13,091 bases of DNA from Candidatus Hodarchaeum mangrovi (GCA_016839515.1 JAEOUE010000233.1:1-13091), one strand, 5' to 3'; shown: positions 1 to 7,385, counted from the first letter of the stretch. A program made the numbers and translations. Notes: generated by a model from the sequence alone, not told the origin.

Positions 1-2
1 CC

Positions 3-230
3 AAAGAACATTCAATACCTACAACAGTAAGTTTAGCTCCTCTTATGGTTGATGGTACTGGTATGTGTGGATCATGTCGAGTTACGGTTGCAGGAGAGGT
101 TAAATTCGCGTGTGTCGATGGGCCAAATTTCGATGGACTTAAAGTGGATTTTGAAGAACTCACTTTAAGATCAAGAGCATATAGGTATGAAGAGCGAATT
201 TCTCTTGAAAAAATGGCACGTGAGGAATAA
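3..230 (+). CDS. nfnA: Sulfide dehydrogenase / NADH-dependent reduced ferredoxin:NADP+ oxidoreductase small (FNR/PyrK-like) subunit, NfnA/SudB family; 5'-truncated by the window edge
   Basis: The frame is open from position 3 (KEHSIPTTVSLAPLMVDGTGMCGSCRV...FACVDGPNFDG...VDFEEL). The D-G-T-G-M-C-G-x-C...C-V-D-G-P [2Fe-2S] motif is characteristic of NfnA/SudB. It ends 3 bp before an NfnB-like gene. The ATG at 45 is an internal Met. Confidence 0.9.
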   Translation, partial: KEHSIPTTVSLAPLMVDGTGMCGSCRVTVAGEVKFACVDGPNFDGLKVDFEELTLRSRAYRYEERISLEKMAREE

Positions 231-233
231 AAA

Positions 234-1634
234 ATGAGTAGTGAGGATCGCAAAGCCAGTTTAAAGAAAGAACGCGTTCATATGAGGGTTCAGGATCATT
301 CTGAACGAATTCGAAATTTTGAGGAGGTTGCTTTGGGTTTATCTTATGAAGAAGCACTTTATGAAGCCTCCAGATGTCTTCAATGCAAAAAACCACGCTG
401 TATAATAGGCTGTCCAGTAAATGTTTCAATTCGTGATTTCATTGCTCTTCTTAAAGAAGGGAACATTGATGAGGCTAAAAAACTCATTTTAACAACTAAT
501 AGTTTACCAGCGGTCACAGGAAGAGTTTGTCCTCAAGAAAACCAATGTCAAGAGTACTGTATTCATCCTAATGCAATTTCAATTGGAGCCCTTGAGCGAT
601 ATGTCGCAGATCATGGAAGTCGTCCTCAACCGTCTACAATTCCTCCTTTAGGAACAAAAGTCGCTATCATTGGCTCGGGACCATCGGGGTTAACATGTGC
701 AGCAGATCTAGCTACAAAAGGCCATGAAGTTGTCGTTTTCGAGGCACTACATGAATATGGAGGAGTGTTGACATATGGAATACCTGAATTTCGAATGCCC
801 AAGAAAATAGTCAATGAAGAAGTTGAATATGTTAAAAGTTTAGGTGTAAAATTCGAAAAAGATATTTTAATAGGCCGTACAATTACTATTGATGAATTAT
901 TGAATGAGGAAAAGTATAATGCTATTTATATTGCATCAGGAGCTGGAGCACCTAATTTCCTAGGGATTCCAGGCGAAACACTTACTGGGGTGCTATCTGC
1001 TAATGAATTTCTTACACGTGTAAATCTATTGAAAGGTTATGAATTTCCAGAATCTGATACTCCAGTAACAGTAGGTGAAAAGGTCGCTGTTGTTGGAGCT
1101 GGAAATGTAGCAATGGATTGCGCCAGAACTGCATTACGATTAGGTGCACGTGAGGTTGATATTATTTATCGTCGTTCTGAAGGGGAAATTCCTGCAAGGC
1201 TTGAAGAAATCATTAATGCAAAAGAAGAAGGTGTTGTCATAGGTGAATTGACAGCTCCATTAGAAATCTTTGGTGACTCCAAAGGCAGAGTAATCGGTGT
1301 TAAGTGTATGAGAATGTCTTTGGGCGAAAAAGATAGTTCTGGTAGACGTCGTCCTATTCCTATTCCTAATTCAGAGTTCATTTTTCCAGTAGATACTATA
1401 ATAATTGCAATAGGTCAAAGTCCTAATCAATTGATTGCTAAAACAACTAAAGGACTAGAAACAACTAAATGGGGAACATTCATTCATGATCCTGAAACTG
1501 GAAAAACCACTCGTGATAGAATTTACACAGGTGGAGATGTTGCAACTGGAGCAGCAACAGTTATCCTTGCTATGGGGGCAGGTCTAAAAGCAGCAAAAGC
1601 AATTCACGAGATGATTGTCGCTAACGATCTCTAA
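234..1634 (+). CDS. nfnB: NfnB/SudA large subunit (GltD-like flavoprotein, often annotated as NADPH-dependent glutamate synthase small-subunit homologue)
   Basis: Fe-S motifs RCLQCKKPRCIIGCPV and GRVCPQENQCQEYC...IGALERY; FAD-binding GSGPSG; YGIPEFR; NADPH-binding GAGNVAMD and YRRS; C-terminal GGDVATGAATVILAMGAG. It is paired with the upstream nfnA/sudB gene, with GTGAGG at 220-225 as a possible RBS. Confidence 0.92.
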   Translation: MSSEDRKASLKKERVHMRVQDHSERIRNFEEVALGLSYEEALYEASRCLQCKKPRCIIGCPVNVSIRDFIALLKEGNIDEAKKLILTTNSLPAVTGRVCPQENQCQEYCIHPNAISIGALERYVADHGSRPQPSTIPPLGTKVAIIGSGPSGLTCAADLATKGHEVVVFEALHEYGGVLTYGIPEFRMPKKIVNEEVEYVKSLGVKFEKDILIGRTITIDELLNEEKYNAIYIASGAGAPNFLGIPGETLTGVLSANEFLTRVNLLKGYEFPESDTPVTVGEKVAVVGAGNVAMDCARTALRLGAREVDIIYRRSEGEIPARLEEIINAKEEGVVIGELTAPLEIFGDSKGRVIGVKCMRMSLGEKDSSGRRRPIPIPNSEFIFPVDTIIIAIGQSPNQLIAKTTKGLETTKWGTFIHDPETGKTTRDRIYTGGDVATGAATVILAMGAGLKAAKAIHEMIVANDL

Positions 1635-1652
1635 TTTTCTTTTCTTTTGTTT
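1635..1652 (+). terminator. Putative archaeal oligo-T terminator
   Basis: TTTTCTTTTCTTTTGTTT directly after the nfnB stop codon, with no GC hairpin. Confidence 0.45.
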
Positions 1653-1789
1653 GATATCAAGCAAAAGATTATTAGGACCACTAATCTATTGATAATGTAA
1701 TAATGTAATTCTTCTTATTTTCAACAATTATGATTTCTACTATTATGAAACTCTAATTAAAAGTGAAAATCAAGGCATGTGATTAAAAA

Positions 1790-2275
1790 TTGAAGGATAA
1801 ATGGCGAGTTACTCCGAAAAGAATTGGTCGTAGTCGTAAGATACAGGTAAGACAATTTGAACCAGAGGAAATTTTTATTGAGTACGATATAGAGGTATAC
1901 GATGACACCCTAAAACAAGATGCAATTCGTGAAGCAACACAAATGGCAATTCAATATTTAGATGAAGAAGAAGCAAGATTAAGAGGAAAGAGTATTGAGA
2001 GTAGACCTACTGAAGAAAAAATTAGAATAAAAGAATATTCTCTTGAAATTCTACCTGAAGGGAAAAAATTAGGTAATTTCAAAGTTAAAACCTCAGAAGA
2101 TCCTCAATTTTCAAATTATCTCCATTTATGGTTAGAAAAAGGTCAGGAAAATATTTACGTGGGATACCTTCTTAAAGACAGTGGAAATTTTAAGTTTAAA
2201 TCAGAGAATAAAGCAAAAATTAAAGAGATAGGAATTAAAAAGGATTTACATTTTAAAATTAAAGAAAAAGAATAG
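1790..2275 (+). CDS. Hypothetical protein, 161 aa, highly charged (Lys/Glu-rich), apparently two modules
   Basis: ORF with a TTG start that fills the gap and ends 9 bp before the MEMO1 gene. No family was recognised with confidence, and the start codon is uncertain. Confidence 0.75.
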   Translation: MKDKWRVTPKRIGRSRKIQVRQFEPEEIFIEYDIEVYDDTLKQDAIREATQMAIQYLDEEEARLRGKSIESRPTEEKIRIKEYSLEILPEGKKLGNFKVKTSEDPQFSNYLHLWLEKGQENIYVGYLLKDSGNFKFKSENKAKIKEIGIKKDLHFKIKEKE

Positions 2276-2284
2276 GGATTTGAT

Positions 2285-3193
2285 ATGGATCGCATTTCAA
2301 AACATGCTGGTAGTTGGTACGCTGGATCAGCTCAAGGATTGAAAGAACAGATTGAGAAATTATTTTCCAGTAAATGGGGAGTTGGTGAATCCCCTGCAAA
2401 TATTAAAACTGCAGAGACTAAACTAGCTAATATTTTAGGAGTCGTATCTCCTCATGCGGGTTATATTTACAGTGGTCCTATTGCTTCGCACGGTTATGCT
2501 AATGTCTATAAGGAATTTGACCATCTAGACACCGTGATTATATTAGGGCCAAATCATAGTGGAATCGGATCTCCAATTTCCTTCTATCCTGGAGGAAAAT
2601 GGCACAATCCATTTGGAGAAGTAAAAATAGATAAAGAGGCCATAGAATTTGCTCAATCTTTCGATTTTGGTTCTATTCAAGATCGAATAGGATTTGAAAA
2701 ATATGCTCATTCTCAGGAGCATTCGATAGATATCCAGCTTCCTTTTCTCCAGTATAGATATGGGAATAATTTTCAAATAGTTCCAATATGTTTAATGGAT
2801 CAATCTTACCCAACCACGGTAAAATATCTTGCAAATTTTATTAAAGACTATATTCAGGAACAATTATCTAAAGAAATCTTGGTCATTGCTAGCAGTGACT
2901 TATCTCATGAAAGTAATTACGATTTAGTAATCAAAAATGACAAGAAAATGCTTGAATTACTTGAGAGTTGTAAACTAGAAGCAGCTAATTCGTTTAGAAA
3001 ACAAGTTCAAATGACTATGTGTGGTTATGGTCCTGTTTTTACTCTAATTCAGACAGCAATTGATTTTGGATCTCCTAAAATCACTGTATTAAAATATGCG
3101 AATAGTTCGGATATTGTAGGGGGCCGATCGTCTGGCAGCTATACTGTTGGATACTCTAGTGTTCTTGTTCAATGCAAAAAAGGTATGAATTGA
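2285..3193 (+). CDS. MEMO1-family protein (AmmeMemoRadiSam system protein B-like; LigB-like dioxygenase fold)
   Basis: Family motifs HAGSWY, SPHAGYIYSG, ILGPNH, EHSIDIQLPFLQ, IASSDLSH, TMCGYGP, KYANSSD and VGYSS are all present. Confidence 0.93.
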   Translation: MDRISKHAGSWYAGSAQGLKEQIEKLFSSKWGVGESPANIKTAETKLANILGVVSPHAGYIYSGPIASHGYANVYKEFDHLDTVIILGPNHSGIGSPISFYPGGKWHNPFGEVKIDKEAIEFAQSFDFGSIQDRIGFEKYAHSQEHSIDIQLPFLQYRYGNNFQIVPICLMDQSYPTTVKYLANFIKDYIQEQLSKEILVIASSDLSHESNYDLVIKNDKKMLELLESCKLEAANSFRKQVQMTMCGYGPVFTLIQTAIDFGSPKITVLKYANSSDIVGGRSSGSYTVGYSSVLVQCKKGMN

Positions 3194-3209
3194 CCTATAG
3201 GTAAAAACT

Positions 3210-4160
3210 ATGTCAACTAAGATTTTAGTTATTGGAAAAATTTCCTTTAATCTTGATTTTTCTATATTAGATGAAATAAGTAACGAATCTGGATCTGTAA
3301 GTAAAGCTTCAGATGTAAAACGTTACTTTACAGGGCTTGGGGCTAACATAGCATACGGAGTCTCTGTTATGGGTAGTAGTCCAGTATTGATTTCCATAGT
3401 AGGGAAAGATTTTGATGTTGAATATCGTGATTATTTGGAGAAAAGAGCAATAGAATTAATGCTTTACTACCAAAATGATAAGGAAACGGCAACAAATTAT
3501 ATGATCCATACATCTGACGAGAGGATATTGAAAATTCAACAGGAAAATGCCTACCGTTTTATCGCTGAACAAAATCTTGAAGATAAATTTTCTGATGAGG
3601 AGCTTAAAGCATTTGAAGCGGTTCTAATAGGAACTGGAAAAGTTGAGGCGGATGCTAAATTTATTTCTATGATTCATTCTATCTGTGGTAATACTCCACT
3701 AGTTTATACACTTGATGGAAACATTAAAGAATTTGTTAACTGGAAACTTAATCAGATACTAGAAAATACGATAGTATTGATTTGTAGAAGTGACGAACTC
3801 CTTCAAATCGAGCAAATTTTAAAACAAACAACGAAAGAGATTTTAAACAGATTTCCTCGGTTAAAATACATTATCTCTGTTTATGATCGGGACAAAATTG
3901 TAATAAATTCATTGGATATGACCGTTAAAGTCTCAGCTGGACCCGCTGAAGAAATTCTTTCAGAAGAATATTGGTACGATGCTTTTAGAGCTGGAATTGT
4001 ATTTGGAATATCCCTTAAAAAGCCAATTATCGAAGCAGCAAAAATAGGATCTGCCTTAGCATCTTATGCAGTTGAGAAAAGGGAAAATCAGCAATATAGT
4101 CCAAGTCCTGAACAAGTTCTTTTGAGATCATATGAGGTTTCTTCAACATTTAAATCTTGA
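3210..4160 (+). CDS. PfkB/ribokinase-family protein (nucleoside-kinase-like) with degenerate catalytic motifs; possible pseudokinase
   Basis: N-terminal KILVIG, TGLGANIAYGVSVMG...ISIVGKDF (PfkB signature 1-like) and C-terminal DAFRAGIVFG...EAAKIGSALASYAVE (signature 2-like). The canonical DxxGAGD motif reads SEEYWYD. Confidence 0.85.
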   Translation: MSTKILVIGKISFNLDFSILDEISNESGSVSKASDVKRYFTGLGANIAYGVSVMGSSPVLISIVGKDFDVEYRDYLEKRAIELMLYYQNDKETATNYMIHTSDERILKIQQENAYRFIAEQNLEDKFSDEELKAFEAVLIGTGKVEADAKFISMIHSICGNTPLVYTLDGNIKEFVNWKLNQILENTIVLICRSDELLQIEQILKQTTKEILNRFPRLKYIISVYDRDKIVINSLDMTVKVSAGPAEEILSEEYWYDAFRAGIVFGISLKKPIIEAAKIGSALASYAVEKRENQQYSPSPEQVLLRSYEVSSTFKS

Positions 4161-4175
4161 AGTCCTGGAAATATA

Positions 4176-4547
4176 TTATACGTGAATCCCTCGGTCAGCA
4201 GCTCCATAACCCCATAAAGCAATTCGCTTGAAATCAACAAATTCTAAACCAATATCCTCTAATTCTCTTCTCATGACCATCTTTAAACGATTAATTATAA
4301 TTGGGCGCTGATTGATAATTTCATCAACTGTTACATTCTTAAGGATCATATCAATATGGCGCTGGATTTGAAAAGAGAGAAATACATTTACGGAGTCGAG
4401 ATCTAATAATCCTTTTGTTACCTCTTTTAAAAGCTCAAGGTTAATTGTATGATAACTTAATATTCCCCGAAAATCAATTTCTATCTCTTCACATATTCTT
4501 GTATATGAAAAATCAAGGTTATAGATACTATATTTTTGAATCTTCAT
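4176..4547 (-). CDS. Stand-alone SPFH (Band 7) domain protein, flotillin-like, 123 aa
   Basis: QIQRHIDMILKNVTVDEIINQR...MRRELEDIGLEFVDF matches the SPFH pattern H-x-R-x-I-x-x-x-x-T-V-E-E-I-x-x-x-R...D-L-x-x-x-G-[IL]. ATG start with GGGAG (4556-4560, minus strand) 8 nt upstream. Confidence 0.62.
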   Translation of the reverse strand: MKIQKYSIYNLDFSYTRICEEIEIDFRGILSYHTINLELLKEVTKGLLDLDSVNVFLSFQIQRHIDMILKNVTVDEIINQRPIIINRLKMVMRRELEDIGLEFVDFKRIALWGYGAADRGIHV

Positions 4548-4611
4548 GGTTAAGACTCCCTGACAAATTATGTTTAGTAATTATTCTGGGTTTTTAAATT
4601 TAAGGGTTTAA

Positions 4612-6390
4612 TCACTTATTTTGAACAATTAGTTCAGTAAAGTTAAACTGATCAACATCTACTAATCCCTTATCTGTGACTTTCAAATGGGGGATAACAG
4701 GTAAAGCCATGAAAGATAAGGCCATAAGTGGTTCTTCAAAAACTGTAAAATCTCGAAAGTTCTTATTTAATTCTAGTAATTCATGATAAAGAGAGGAGTA
4801 TTCTTTTGTTGTCATTAGTCCTGCAAAAGGTAAAGAAACTTCTTTAGTTTGGTTTTTTGTCGCTAATACATACCCTCCTTTAATTTGGACAAGTTTATCT
4901 ACAGCTTTGACCATGGTTTCATGATCTGTTCCTGCCACAAGAAGATTACGAGTATCATGGGCGACTGTTGTAGCCATTGCAAAGGGTTGAGTTTGAATTC
5001 TAAAACCTTTAATAAAAGCATTAAAGATATTACCATTCACACCATATCGTTCGATAACACTCAAAGAAAGAATATCTTTTGTAATATCAGGATATATACA
5101 TCCATTTTTTACCTCTAATTCTTCTATCAAAGATTCAGTCAGTACAGAATGAGGTACAACTCCCACGACTCTTACAGAATATCTTCCATCTGGTAACGAT
5201 ACTTTTGCGTGTAATATTTCAGGATTAATGGTGTGTTTTAACTTGATTGTATTAACAGCCCATTCAGGATATGAGGTTTTTGGGAAGTTAAACAATAGTC
5301 TGTTCTGATCAAAAACTAGATTTCCATTATAAAAAACAGAACTAACTTTGAAATGATTAAGATCCTTTAATATCACTAAGTCTGCAAGCTTCCCTGGGGA
5401 AATACTACCGATAATTTTTTCCAATCCTAAAAAAGAAGCAGCATTAATCGTAACCATTTGAAGAGCTACTAAGGGATTCACTCCAGCTTCAACTGCAGTT
5501 CTAAGATGAGCATTCAGATGACCATTCATAAAGAGATCAATAATATTTCTGTCATCAGAACATAAAGTACAATTTCTCATATCAAAATCTAAATTATTTA
5601 GTCCCCCCAGGATATTTCTGAGATCTTTCGTAAGAGAACCTTCACGAATTAGAACATGCATTCCTTTGCGTATTTTTTCAAGAAATTCTTTGGAGGTGGT
5701 ACTTTCATGATCAGATTCGATTCCAGCTGCAATGTATGCGTCAAGGTCAGTACCCGAAACCCCTGGACTATGTCCATCAATTATTTGAAGTTTTTTGCCT
5801 AATATTACCTTTCTTAAAACCTCTTCATTTTTATAAAGGACTCCAGGATAGTTCATAACTTCACCTAATCCAAAAAATCCTCTTTTTTCTTCAATTAATT
5901 TTTCGATATCATTCGAATCAATAGTGAAGCCTGATGTTTCTAATCCTGGGGCTGCGGGGACACATGAGGGTATTTCAATTAAAAATCTTAACGGAAGATT
6001 ATTAGTTTGGTCTACAAGAAAATTTAATCCCATAATTCCCAAGGCATTCCCAATCTCATGTGGATCTAATAGTACTGTAGTAGTTCCGTGTGGAATAACA
6101 GCCTTCGTAAATTCTATTGGTGGAAGCATCGTACTCTCAATATGGAGATGCGTTTCTATAAAACCTGGGCTAATAAACTTTCCTGAAATGTCTAGTACTT
6201 GTTTAGTATTTGACGGATTTAATTCCTCTGGTGCCGCAATATTTGCAATATATTTGTGATATATCGAAATGTCAGCTTTATATAATTCCCGAGTAATAAC
6301 ATTAACTAAAGTGCCATTTCTAAGTAAAAAATCAGACGGGATTTCTCCTCGTGAACATGAAATTAAATTTTTTAGCTCTTTAAGATTCAT
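4612..6390 (-). CDS. ade: Adenine deaminase (AdeC type, amidohydrolase superfamily)
   Basis: PGFIETHLHIESTM, DPHEIGN, GEVMNYPGV, DGHSPG, SDHES, IREGS, CSDDR, ATTVAHD and LSFMALPVIPHLKVTDKGLVDV; 592 aa. Confidence 0.95.
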   Translation of the reverse strand: MNLKELKNLISCSRGEIPSDFLLRNGTLVNVITRELYKADISIYHKYIANIAAPEELNPSNTKQVLDISGKFISPGFIETHLHIESTMLPPIEFTKAVIPHGTTTVLLDPHEIGNALGIMGLNFLVDQTNNLPLRFLIEIPSCVPAAPGLETSGFTIDSNDIEKLIEEKRGFFGLGEVMNYPGVLYKNEEVLRKVILGKKLQIIDGHSPGVSGTDLDAYIAAGIESDHESTTSKEFLEKIRKGMHVLIREGSLTKDLRNILGGLNNLDFDMRNCTLCSDDRNIIDLFMNGHLNAHLRTAVEAGVNPLVALQMVTINAASFLGLEKIIGSISPGKLADLVILKDLNHFKVSSVFYNGNLVFDQNRLLFNFPKTSYPEWAVNTIKLKHTINPEILHAKVSLPDGRYSVRVVGVVPHSVLTESLIEELEVKNGCIYPDITKDILSLSVIERYGVNGNIFNAFIKGFRIQTQPFAMATTVAHDTRNLLVAGTDHETMVKAVDKLVQIKGGYVLATKNQTKEVSLPFAGLMTTKEYSSLYHELLELNKNFRDFTVFEEPLMALSFMALPVIPHLKVTDKGLVDVDQFNFTELIVQNK

Positions 6391-6431
6391 ATCATCCTAA
6401 GCTCCTTGGGAGCATATTAAAAAACGGTTTT

Positions 6432-7283
6432 CTAATGAAATAATTTTAAGATTATGTTATATAAATCTTCTGTTGTTATAATCTTTCGTTTTTTCACTTC
6501 TAGAACGATAGAATTATTGCCGTACTTTAGTGATATATAATCATTGAAATTATCAAGAAGAGCTTGTTTTAACATCAGGGGAAGAGTAAGTCGTAAATAA
6601 GCTTTATTTCTATTTGCTGTTTGCTCCATATTATAATTCACAATACTAATAAGATCCTCAGTTCGAGTTACTAATCGTTTAAAGTCACTTCCTATCATGT
6701 TAATTATAGATTCGTCACAATCCAAAGAGTTATCTAATGTAAATACCTCGTGCATTGTTAAACTCATTGGTTGTAATACATTCTCTACAAATGTAGCTAA
6801 GGATGTTTCTAATTGTTCTTCAAAGTCAGTTTGAAGGAGATTATTAAGAGCAACGAAATAATCCTTACGAAAAGGGTGAAGTTCTGCTGTGGTTGCATAT
6901 AGTTGTTTATCAGCTCCTCTAACAGATATTGGATATAAGTCTCCTCTGAAAAATTCTAAGAGTCCTGATTTTGGCGGTAATGCATAAATAAGAGAATAAC
7001 CACCAATGAAATTAGCCATTTCTTCTAAAAATTCAATAGTAACTATTGGCATTAACTCTAAGGGAAAATTTTCATCCAAATCGACTCGTGTATGAATTTC
7101 GTTTACTGGATTGTTGAAATTTAAAACTTTTATAGTTTGATTCTCTCCCTCTTTCTCTAATGTAAATGATATATCCTTCGATGATATTTGAATTGCTTTT
7201 AAGGATTCTATTCCAGCGATATCCAATTTTTTATCGATTAAAGGTCCTTCAATGGATATTGGGGGAAAAAATGAGAATTGCAT
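6432..7283 (-). CDS. Hypothetical protein, 283 aa, acidic, apparently soluble
   Basis: Long ORF with an ATG start and a GGTGA RBS 7 nt upstream (7291-7295, minus strand). It is co-oriented with ade, 41 bp upstream of it. No motif was recognised. Confidence 0.8.
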   Translation of the reverse strand: MQFSFFPPISIEGPLIDKKLDIAGIESLKAIQISSKDISFTLEKEGENQTIKVLNFNNPVNEIHTRVDLDENFPLELMPIVTIEFLEEMANFIGGYSLIYALPPKSGLLEFFRGDLYPISVRGADKQLYATTAELHPFRKDYFVALNNLLQTDFEEQLETSLATFVENVLQPMSLTMHEVFTLDNSLDCDESIINMIGSDFKRLVTRTEDLISIVNYNMEQTANRNKAYLRLTLPLMLKQALLDNFNDYISLKYGNNSIVLEVKKRKIITTEDLYNIILKLFH

Positions 7284-7345
7284 AGGTTTTTCACCAAGGA
7301 GGCTATATCAGATAGATCTATAGCTATCTAGTAATGAATGATTCA

Positions 7346-7369
7346 AGGATTATAAGTGTATTTTTATTT
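7346..7369 (-). promoter_or_regulatory. Candidate BRE/TATA promoter for the hypothetical-ade transcript
   Basis: The minus strand reads AAATAAAAATACAC-TTATAA-TCCT, an A-rich stretch followed by a TATA-like box about 70 bp upstream of the ATG at 7283. Confidence 0.3.
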
Positions 7370-7385
7370 GGGGAGGATTATAACT

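Noticed and set aside
160-1381. Minus-strand ORFs 160-429, 626-814 and 1166-1381
   Set aside because: They are antisense shadows of nfnA/nfnB with no recognisable motifs.
1693-1708. Tandem TAATGTAA x2 in the nfnB-hypothetical spacer
   Set aside because: Two copies of an AT-rich 8-mer are expected by chance, and there is no spacer structure to suggest CRISPR.
2543-2776. Minus-strand 77-aa ORF
   Set aside because: It lies entirely antisense within the MEMO1 gene.
3191-3202. TGACCTATA shared with the thiB upstream region (10011-10019) and the palindrome ACCTATAGGT
   Set aside because: Shared 9-mers are common by chance in 13 kb, and this copy overlaps a stop codon in a 16-bp intra-operon gap.
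3210-4160. Calling the PfkB-like gene a pseudogene
   Set aside because: There is no frameshift, internal stop or truncation and the structural motifs are preserved, so it is treated as a possible pseudoenzyme instead.
4885-6259. Plus-strand ORFs 4885-5118 and 5924-6259
   Set aside because: They are antisense to the well-supported adenine deaminase gene.
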